A DNA stretch of 20,000 nucleotides, from IMG/VR virus record IMGVR_UViG_3300010352_001343, one strand, 5' to 3'. This DNA is from an uncultured virus (IMG/VR IMGVR_UViG_3300010352_001343) (taxonomy: Duplodnaviria > Heunggongvirae > Uroviricota > Caudoviricetes). The first letter of the stretch is position 1. Each line of letters begins with the position of its first letter. The position numbers and the translations under genes were made by a program. The notes beneath the pieces are model-generated. The model was given only the letters and a program-made list of their open reading frames with translations, was not told the origin of the DNA and searched no databases. Shown here one piece after another: positions 1 through 8,847 of the stretch.

Positions 1-178
1 TTTGTTTTTTAGATATACCTATAAGGTAGATAACTATTGCTATACATAGAACAAAAATAGTCAATATAGAAAATCCTAACCTATCATCATGAGACCAATT
101 AATTGGATTAAGCTGTAAGGCCCAGAATGAGATTACTAAATACATTATAACTTCAAATAGGATGTAGCCTATAGCCAC
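1..178 (-). CDS. Small two-TM membrane protein, 3' end outside the window, start uncertain (GTG at 178, or ATG at 198 one base out of frame)
   Basis: Not in the ORF track. Manual translation gives an open frame VAIGYILFEVIMYLVISFWALQLNPINWSHDDRLGFSILTIFVLCIAIVIYLIGISKKQ with two hydrophobic stretches, on the same strand as its neighbours. Confidence 0.6.
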   Translation of the reverse strand, partial: MAIGYILFEVIMYLVISFWALQLNPINWSHDDRLGFSILTIFVLCIAIVIYLIGISKKQ

Positions 179-185
179 TTTAATA

Positions 186-201
186 AAATCTTACTCATAG
201 T
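186..201. repeat. Direct repeat copy 1 (AAATCTTACTCATAGT), identical to 688-703
   Basis: 16-nt exact match, extending to 20/21 nt with one indel. On the minus strand both copies read ACT-ATG-AGT-AAG-ATT-T, i.e. a gene start. Confidence 0.8.
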
Positions 202-202
202 T

Positions 203-700
203 TTATATTGATAATGCGTTAGGGATAACTAAATGTCTAAACCTTTTTGGGATTACACCTTGATACCATAAATTTTTTGTTACTACCTCGGTACCATCAA
301 GCTTTTGAATATTGAATTGTCTACCACCAAAGCCTTTAAAACCTGGCCCATTACTATCCGGTGAAATAGTATATCTTTCATAAGTGGTTGTTATAATGGT
401 TGACTTATTATTTTTACTTATCAAGCCTAACCAGATAGAACAGTGTATACAAGTTTCATTATTTAATAGGTTATTAAACCTACGTGATGAAATCTGCCCA
501 CACTCTTTACAAATAAATAGATCTTCATCTTTAACCAAGTCATCTAATTTATTATAACCAAGACCACATGAAGTTACATCATAACCCATTTTATTAAGAT
601 ACCTATCTTTTATTTCTATACTTTTTGAAATTCTGATCTTAGTGTAAGATTCACCATCTTTTCTAGATCTGAAGGTTATTAAATAATAAATCTTACTCAT
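203..700 (-). CDS. Hypothetical phage protein with CxxC...CxxC zinc-binding motif
   Basis: 165-aa ORF with CKECG...CIHC followed by a conserved-looking GFGG..F.I...DG....T.NLW.QG.IP..FR tail. It overlaps the upstream gene via ATGA. Confidence 0.7.
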   Translation of the reverse strand: MSKIYYLITFRSRKDGESYTKIRISKSIEIKDRYLNKMGYDVTSCGLGYNKLDDLVKDEDLFICKECGQISSRRFNNLLNNETCIHCSIWLGLISKNNKSTIITTTYERYTISPDSNGPGFKGFGGRQFNIQKLDGTEVVTKNLWYQGVIPKRFRHLVIPNALSI

Positions 701-703
701 AGT
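688..703. repeat. Direct repeat copy 2 (AAATCTTACTCATAGT), identical to 186-201
   Basis: Exact 16-nt match covering the start codon of ORF 203-700. Confidence 0.8.
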
Positions 704-1158
704 GTTTTTTCTTTTTCAAAAAGTGTAACATACAGAATACCATTATACTGGTCATGTTTTGGGTACTCTTTTAAACCTTCATAATTTGGATTAGGGTCAT
801 GGACAATGTTAAAATCTTTATCAATTACCACTGCATGAAGAACTCCATTAAATTCACCTTCTTGGTTATATTTTGGACTGAAAACAGTGGCGAAGAAGAA
901 TCCATTTATTCCTTCTGAAGATTTTATTGTTTCTAATGATAAATCTTCTGGAGTAGTATTAAATTTGATTAAATTATATCTAATGCCTCTAAAGAGATAA
1001 CCTTTATTAGATGTGTAGTTTAGAAATTCTTGCCACCAATCTTTTAACTCTATAAAATTAGGTACATTTTTAATATCATCTTCAAATAATGAAGCAACCA
1101 CTGCCCTCATACAATCACCATGGCCTTTGGTTGTATTTTGTTGGAAAACTTTTTTCAT
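697..1158 (-). CDS. Hypothetical protein, probable papain/C39-like cysteine-peptidase fold
   Basis: Q...GDCMRAVVASL (Cys at a helix start), LHAVV (His) and VHDP (Asp) occur in the order of a C39-type Cys-His-Asp triad. Confidence 0.5.
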   Translation of the reverse strand: MKKVFQQNTTKGHGDCMRAVVASLFEDDIKNVPNFIELKDWWQEFLNYTSNKGYLFRGIRYNLIKFNTTPEDLSLETIKSSEGINGFFFATVFSPKYNQEGEFNGVLHAVVIDKDFNIVHDPNPNYEGLKEYPKHDQYNGILYVTLFEKEKTL

Positions 1159-1571
1159 TATTGTAATGGAATTGGTTTGAAATCACCATCATCAACTTGA
1201 CTAATTTTCTCTTTATTCTTCACATCCATTTGTTTAAAAATAACCTCTTTAATCTCTAGTAACTTAGTTATCTCAGAAGTGATATAGTTATCATATTTAA
1301 TAGTTTCCTGTATTTCCCTCTCTAAAGAGAGGATATAAGATTCATTTTCTAACCTTACAGCATCCATCCTATAAATATTACCCTCAAGAATACCAATTAT
1401 ATTGGTTTTGGCATAAATAACTTCTAATGGTATCAAAGGAATTTGAGAAATACATTTTGACTTGGCGTCATCATAAACTTTGTCTAATTCATTATTAGAA
1501 ACTTTAGGGATTACAAATTCACCTTTTTCGTTTAAAACTTCATCTAATTGTTTTGGTCTTTCAATTTTCAT
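1158..1571 (-). CDS. Hypothetical protein
   Basis: 137-aa ORF, tightly coupled to the next gene, with an AT-rich start context. Confidence 0.6.
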   Translation of the reverse strand: MKIERPKQLDEVLNEKGEFVIPKVSNNELDKVYDDAKSKCISQIPLIPLEVIYAKTNIIGILEGNIYRMDAVRLENESYILSLEREIQETIKYDNYITSEITKLLEIKEVIFKQMDVKNKEKISQVDDGDFKPIPLQ

Positions 1572-1590
1572 AATTTTATTTTTTTAATTG

Positions 1591-1866
1591 TTAATCACCT
1601 ACCGGTATATTTTTAACACTGACAATATCAGAGCACTCAATATGATAAATTTTATCTTCACCTATGGCTTTTATAATATAAAAATCAACAAAAGCTTGTT
1701 GTCTACAATCTCTGGTTCCAACCTTTGAATCTGGAAATTCATTATAAATTTGTTTATTACTCATACCCCTATACTTATCAAGTATACAACCAGTTTTTAA
1801 TCCACCATAACCATCTTTAAATGTTACTATCATGGTTTTAATATTTAAACCGTTTACTTCAATCAT
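1591..1866 (-). CDS. Hypothetical protein (91 aa from ATG at 1866)
   Basis: The ORF track begins at a TTG at 1887. The ATG at 1866, preceded by TAAAATT, matches the start context of neighbouring genes better. Confidence 0.6.
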   Translation of the reverse strand: MIEVNGLNIKTMIVTFKDGYGGLKTGCILDKYRGMSNKQIYNEFPDSKVGTRDCRQQAFVDFYIIKAIGEDKIYHIECSDIVSVKNIPVGD

Positions 1867-1882
1867 AATTTTAAAATTTAAA

Positions 1883-1967
1883 AACAAGCCAAACGCTGCT
1901 TCCTAACATTTACCAAACACCTATGGTGCTGTCGCCTTGGCTTCTACAGTCGAATTACTGGCTTGTT
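1883..1967 (-). promoter_or_regulatory. GC-rich intergenic structured element (candidate attenuator, terminator or ncRNA)
   Basis: AACAAGCCA (1883-1891) and TGGCTTGTT (1959-1967) form a perfect inverted repeat. A competing partner TTGGCTT lies at 1937-1943, there are small inner hairpins, and a T-run follows on the minus strand. Confidence 0.45.
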
Positions 1968-1977
1968 ATGTTATTAA

Positions 1978-2319
1978 CTATTTTTTATTCTGTCTATTTC
2001 TTTCGATAGTTATCATCTCAGCACCAGATAAACTATGGTGATTATCAATTTTAGATGCAATATGTTTCTGTAAAATAGCTTTTTCTATTACTGATATCAT
2101 ATCAGAAACCGTTGATGAACTTAAGAATAGATTTTCTAAGTATAAACCTTCTAAGTTTAGATTAAAAAAGTTTTCTAGATTAAGCATTACCTCCACTTTA
2201 TCAAGTGAATCTAAACCTAAATTATCTAAGGTTGATTCCAAAGGAATGTCTATATCATTTGGTAATTCAATACCTAATTTCTTTTTAATCTCTATTAATA
2301 CTGCTGCTGTTGTGTCCAT
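1978..2319 (-). CDS. acpP: Phage-encoded acyl carrier protein with C-terminal extension
   Basis: LGLDSLDKVEVMLNLENFF matches the ACP phosphopantetheine site LGxDSL, and the TVSDMISVIE helix IV pattern is present. Confidence 0.85.
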   Translation of the reverse strand: MDTTAAVLIEIKKKLGIELPNDIDIPLESTLDNLGLDSLDKVEVMLNLENFFNLNLEGLYLENLFLSSSTVSDMISVIEKAILQKHIASKIDNHHSLSGAEMITIERNRQNKK

Positions 2320-2328
2320 TATTCCTTT

Positions 2329-2484
2329 TTAAATAAATTTCCAATGACTGGTGTGATAACCACATTTTTTACATCTCATATATACCTTAGTACCTGATTT
2401 TACTTCAAAATCAGTGTATTGTTCTTCTACTACAAAGTCATGTTTACAAAAAACTTGTCGTATGTAATTTATTATTGCTCTCAT
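2329..2484 (-). CDS. 51-aa small zinc-finger-like protein (CxH...CxxC)
   Basis: Below the ORF-track cutoff. Manual translation MRAIINYIRQVFCKHDFVVEEQYTDFEVKSGTKVYMRCKKCGYHTSHWKFI fills the gap between its neighbours. Confidence 0.75.
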   Translation of the reverse strand: MRAIINYIRQVFCKHDFVVEEQYTDFEVKSGTKVYMRCKKCGYHTSHWKFI

Positions 2485-2490
2485 AATTTT

Positions 2491-2772
2491 TTATTTAGTA
2501 CAATTAAGTTCTCTTATAGTATAAGTTGATAACGTTGTCCAGCCACTATGTTCATCGTAGTACCTAATACTACCATTATCTAAATAGATAATTTCTTCTG
2601 TAGTACGACAAGCCCCATCTGGCCAGATATTTTCATTAAAAATAACATACTTATAAGGTTTACCATTAGAATCATGGCATTCATCACAACTAACTGTACT
2701 GACTAATATTATAATTAAGAGTATTAAAATTTTAACTCTAGTTAATTTTTGTTTTTTGTTATATTTATTCAT
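2491..2772 (-). CDS. Predicted lipoprotein
   Basis: Basic N-terminus, hydrophobic core ILILLIIILV and a lipobox-like TVS-C followed by acidic residues. Confidence 0.6.
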   Translation of the reverse strand: MNKYNKKQKLTRVKILILLIIILVSTVSCDECHDSNGKPYKYVIFNENIWPDGACRTTEEIIYLDNGSIRYYDEHSGWTTLSTYTIRELNCTK

Positions 2773-2814
2773 ATTTTAATAAAATTAAGTTCTAGAAATT
2801 GATAAAATAGCTAT

Positions 2815-3057
2815 TTAATAATCACCATTTGGTGGATTAGATGTATCTAAATTATCTAAAGGCTGATATCCAGATAGTATTATTGTTTTTGGTTTTATGG
2901 GCTCCGGTTTATTAACTAGAGTCAAATTAGTGCCATCTTTAGGAATATAATTCTCAAAAGCATCTTCAACAATTAATTCAGTTGCGACATCTTCATAACC
3001 TTCCCAAACATCTAAATCAATCTGTAGTAGTAATGGTATTTGTATAAAATGGCTCAT
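2815..3057 (-). CDS. Hypothetical acidic protein
   Basis: 80-aa ORF starting 2 nt after the upstream stop. Confidence 0.55.
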   Translation of the reverse strand: MSHFIQIPLLLQIDLDVWEGYEDVATELIVEDAFENYIPKDGTNLTLVNKPEPIKPKTIILSGYQPLDNLDTSNPPNGDY

Positions 3058-3059
3058 AA

Positions 3060-3821
3060 TTACCTAGTTTTATTTAAACCATTAATAGCTACCCATCTCT
3101 CATCCAATTCTTTAGCTTTATCCAAATACCATTTTTCTTTAGCTAGATCCTGATTAAAATCATCTTTAAGACCAAGTCTTAAACGATATTTCATAGCTGT
3201 CATAATACAAAAGTCAATAGTTTTTTCTAAACCAAAAATCCCAATTAACATATCAATAACTTCGATGGGGTATTGGTTATAATGTGCTGGATGGTTTACT
3301 TGTTCTTTATCAGTTTTTAATTCATTAAAAGCTTCTCCAAGTTTTTTAATGCTTTTAACCGGTGATGTTATACTTGGTGGAATCGAATTAGTTGAACCCA
3401 TACCAACTGAAGTTGGTGTATGTGGTATACTTTGAACTGATTTACCTCTTTCACCACCTAACCGTTGGTCTACCTTAGTTATTTTTTCTTCTAAAATGAC
3501 TGGTTTTTGATTTCTCTTAGAACCTGGTTGTGGTCCTCTTTTCTTTTTTACTGGTGTTTCCATTTTACTGTTGTTTAATTCTTTTTTAAAAATCTCTATA
3601 GCTCTGTCTAATTTTAGTAATTGAACACTGTTACTGATATCAATCTGTTTGTAACAACCAAATTTACCCTTAATTACTCCATAAAATCTCTTGTTGTAAT
3701 TACCTTCTTTACAATTAGAACCAGTAAAAACAGTAGTATTATATCCTAATTTTTGGAAAAACTTAATTATATCTTTGCCATGATCTGGGGTAAGTGCTTC
3801 AATTACTAAATTTAAACTCAT
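3060..3821 (-). CDS. DUF3310 (T7 gp1.7 nucleotide-kinase-like) domain protein with N-terminal extra domain and low-complexity linker
   Basis: The C-terminal VNHPAHYN..IEVID....FC...AMKY..R.GLK....QDLAK..WYL pattern is the DUF3310 signature. The gene lies next to thyX. Confidence 0.8.
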   Translation of the reverse strand: MSLNLVIEALTPDHGKDIIKFFQKLGYNTTVFTGSNCKEGNYNKRFYGVIKGKFGCYKQIDISNSVQLLKLDRAIEIFKKELNNSKMETPVKKKRGPQPGSKRNQKPVILEEKITKVDQRLGGERGKSVQSIPHTPTSVGMGSTNSIPPSITSPVKSIKKLGEAFNELKTDKEQVNHPAHYNQYPIEVIDMLIGIFGLEKTIDFCIMTAMKYRLRLGLKDDFNQDLAKEKWYLDKAKELDERWVAINGLNKTR

Positions 3822-3823
3822 AA

Positions 3824-4486
3824 CTATAAATTGTCAAATATTACTGGTATTTTACTTCTAACCTCTTCTAATAATGGTATCATTAACTCCCTCATTTGTG
3901 GGTGAGCTTTTTCTGAAGTACGTTGTTTAAAGATTAATCTCCATTCTCTGAAATTGGCAGTAACCACTATTTCAGTTTTTAATGAATTAGGTAGTACTGA
4001 TCTAGCTTGTTCTGGCCTCCAGCCCAAATATAATAACATTAAATAGCTTTCTTCTGATTTACTCATAGCTTCCAACCAAATACAAGATTCTTCACCAGTT
4101 AAACTATTATTAAAATAACTACTAACATCCTCATCAGAAACCCAAAGTGGTTGAATAAAAGTGAGTTGATTACCATATCTACCTTTAGAATAATTACAAT
4201 ATCTAGTTGATTCTTGTGAAAAAGAAGCTAACCGATGTCTAACTAATTCATGAGATACGCCACGATCACATATAAACTTAATAGTTAAAGATGAATGTTC
4301 AATAATTGATTCATGATGGTCTTCATGTAACCTGGCTCCAACAAAACCAATAGCACTTTCATCATTGATATTTTCTTCACTTTTATAACAGGTTCTACCG
4401 GCTCTTTCTATAAGTCTTAAGGTAGTTAGATCTTCTTTACTGAGATTTTGTGTAAGTATCTCAAAACTTGGTTTAATGATTCTCAT
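3824..4486 (-). CDS. thyX: Flavin-dependent thymidylate synthase
   Basis: HESIIEH, the RHRx7S signature ELVRHRLASFSQESTRY, EQARSVLP, NFREW and AHPQMR. Confidence 0.96.
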   Translation of the reverse strand: MRIIKPSFEILTQNLSKEDLTTLRLIERAGRTCYKSEENINDESAIGFVGARLHEDHHESIIEHSSLTIKFICDRGVSHELVRHRLASFSQESTRYCNYSKGRYGNQLTFIQPLWVSDEDVSSYFNNSLTGEESCIWLEAMSKSEESYLMLLYLGWRPEQARSVLPNSLKTEIVVTANFREWRLIFKQRTSEKAHPQMRELMIPLLEEVRSKIPVIFDNL

Positions 4487-4494
4487 TGATTTAA

Positions 4495-7071
<2,577 letters not shown>

Positions 7072-7088
7072 AAATAAAAAATTAAATT

Positions 7089-7116
7089 GTTATAATTAAT
7101 AATAGATTACCATAAT
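7089..7116 (-). promoter_or_regulatory. Candidate phage promoter/operator motif, copy A
   Basis: Plus strand GTTATAATT-AA-TAATAG-ATTACCATAAT, 18 nt upstream of the ATG at 7071 and near-identical to 7495-7523. Confidence 0.55.
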
Positions 7117-7145
7117 CTAGTGAGGTACCACAGTAGAATCGAATA

Positions 7146-7475
7146 TTATAACCCCAAAATATCCAAAATAATATCTAGTTTTTTATTGATGGTTTTAACA
7201 CTTTTTTCATCTAATGAAAGAAACCTAGCTAATGTAAGATTACTTACCTTACTAAACTTCTTTGGAAGTGTATGTAAAGTTTTAAAATACTTCTCCCTTT
7301 CTTCAGAATAAGGTTCAATAGTAAACTTACTATTTACTGGTTCACCACGTCTGTTGATAAGTATGTTATTTGATAGTAAATAAACTTTCTTATCTCTAAA
7401 TTTCTTCTTTTCAATAATTTTGGCCTTTTCATAAAAATTTGAGCCTGAAACTAAAAATTCATCACCGATGTTCAT
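7146..7475 (-). CDS. Hypothetical basic protein
   Basis: 109-aa ORF, first gene of the leftward arm. Confidence 0.65.
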   Translation of the reverse strand: MNIGDEFLVSGSNFYEKAKIIEKKKFRDKKVYLLSNNILINRRGEPVNSKFTIEPYSEEREKYFKTLHTLPKKFSKVSNLTLARFLSLDEKSVKTINKKLDIILDILGL

Positions 7476-7494
7476 TTGTTATTTGTTTTTAAAA

Positions 7495-7523
7495 GTTATA
7501 ATTTCTAATAGTTTAACCACAAT
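7495..7523 (-). promoter_or_regulatory. Candidate phage promoter/operator motif, copy B
   Basis: Plus strand GTTATAATT-TC-TAATAG-TTTAACCACAAT, 20 nt upstream of the ATG at 7475, in the divergent intergenic region. Confidence 0.55.
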
Positions 7524-7571
7524 ACCATTTGGTTTTTATATAAAAATCTAATTTTAATTAAAAAATCATAT

Positions 7572-8645
7572 ATGAAAGTTTTAGGCGTTTGTGGAGCTCA
7601 GGGGGCTTTACTTTATCCACTTAAAGAGTATGTAGTTGGGAATGTGGACCCAAGAGCAATTCTTCACTCTAAAAATGAAGAGCAATGGAATCTCAATTTC
7701 CCTGGTATTCCATTTTACAAAACACCTTATACAGTGTTTGATTTGTATAAACCAAATGATATAGATGTTATAGTTGGTTCCCCATCTTGTGGACATAGTA
7801 GTAAGTTTGCCCGTTCAAGAATGAAAAAACTTGGTAACCCAAGAGAAGATGCTTCACTTAACCTCTATATTGATTGTATTGAGAAATTGAAACCAAAAGT
7901 TTTTTTAATGGAAAATCTACCAAAACTTATGGACACTATAACCATAGAGGAGTGGAGGAAGAAGTTTCCAGAGTATAGATTTATAGTTCATGAAATTACA
8001 GTTGATATTCTTGGCAACTCTCAAAAAAATAGAAGAAGGTTGATCCTTATAGGAACTAATAGAAAATTTAAACTTGATAGGGTACACCTGAAAGATGTCT
8101 ACCCAGTAGCAACACCTAAAACATGTGGTCAAATACTTGAGGAAGCTCGTCCAAATTTAAACTACATAGAAGACCTCTCTGATAAACTCTCAATGATAGA
8201 CTACAGAAAACCAGAAAAAGGAAATTTAACAGTTGAAGAAGTTAAAGACCTTTGGAATAAAGATTTTAGAAAAATGTTTATTTGGCCAATGACAACCTTT
8301 AAAATGAAATGGTTACCTGGAGTATATCGTAATCGTAAACATGAATTCCCTCATACCATCAGACCTTGCCCAAGACAATTTAACCATTTAGGTTGGCCAA
8401 TTGGATTAGAAGAATTTCGTATCATTATGGGATGGCCAGCTGATTATAAAATTTACATGGATAGAACTAAACAACGATATTGGATGAATAAAGGCAGAGT
8501 AACTTTATGTAAAGGTGCAGTATATGAAATTGGTTTATGGTTTGCAATTCAACTTAAAAAAGCAAAACCAGATTGGTTTACAAATGAATCAAATATTTCT
8601 AAGCCTAAAAAGGTAGTAAAAATTTTAAAAAGAAAAAAGGAATAA
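7572..8645 (+). CDS. DNA (cytosine-5)-methyltransferase, orphan
   Basis: Motif IV VIVGSPSC (catalytic Cys), motif VI FLMENLP, motif VIII Q.NRRRLILIG and motif IX/X RIIMGWPADY...KGAV. Motif I is divergent (VLGVCGAQGA). Confidence 0.85.
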   Translation: MKVLGVCGAQGALLYPLKEYVVGNVDPRAILHSKNEEQWNLNFPGIPFYKTPYTVFDLYKPNDIDVIVGSPSCGHSSKFARSRMKKLGNPREDASLNLYIDCIEKLKPKVFLMENLPKLMDTITIEEWRKKFPEYRFIVHEITVDILGNSQKNRRRLILIGTNRKFKLDRVHLKDVYPVATPKTCGQILEEARPNLNYIEDLSDKLSMIDYRKPEKGNLTVEEVKDLWNKDFRKMFIWPMTTFKMKWLPGVYRNRKHEFPHTIRPCPRQFNHLGWPIGLEEFRIIMGWPADYKIYMDRTKQRYWMNKGRVTLCKGAVYEIGLWFAIQLKKAKPDWFTNESNISKPKKVVKILKRKKE

Positions 8646-8710
8646 AAAAAGAAAAAGAAAAAAGAACCAAAAAAGAAAAAAGAAAAAAATTATAAAAAAG
8701 AAAAATAAAA
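8627..8710 (+). repeat. ~80-nt A-rich purine tract of A5-7G units
   Basis: AAAAAAAGAAAAAGAAAAAAGAACCAAAAAAGAAAAAAGAAAAAAA..., spanning the MTase stop and the intergenic region. Confidence 0.85.
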
Positions 8711-8732
8711 TATAATAATATTATATAGATAC

Positions 8733-8845
8733 TATTACCTATAAATAGCTAATACGTAATAGCCTATACTCTATAGTACTACGTACTATAGATAGTAGTT
8801 ACTACGTAACTACTAAGTATTAGTATATAGTAATACGCGTACGTA
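8733..8845. other. Palindrome/hairpin cluster: two abutting 23-nt perfect hairpins, four TACGTA sites and outer pairing arms (candidate origin, packaging signal or hairpin promoter)
   Basis: TCTATAGTAC-TAC-GTACTATAGA (8770-8792) and TAGTAGTTAC-TAC-GTAACTACTA (8793-8815). TACGTA at 8753, 8780, 8803 and 8840. Confidence 0.8.
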
Positions 8846-8847
8846 AG

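Noticed and set aside
1883..1967. tRNA, hammerhead ribozyme or bona fide attC site
   Set aside because: No GTTCRA T-arm or cloverleaf spacing, and no CUGANGA/GAAA core. The attC-like ends lack a well-paired L box and no integrase is nearby.
7533..7546. Perfect palindrome TTTTTATATAAAAA upstream of the MTase
   Set aside because: AT-only, single copy and plausible by chance in this composition. It could be an operator but there is no support.
8770..8845. CRISPR mini-array or tRNA in the palindrome cluster
   Set aside because: No identical repeats with unique spacers, and no T-loop, D-loop or acceptor-stem consensus.
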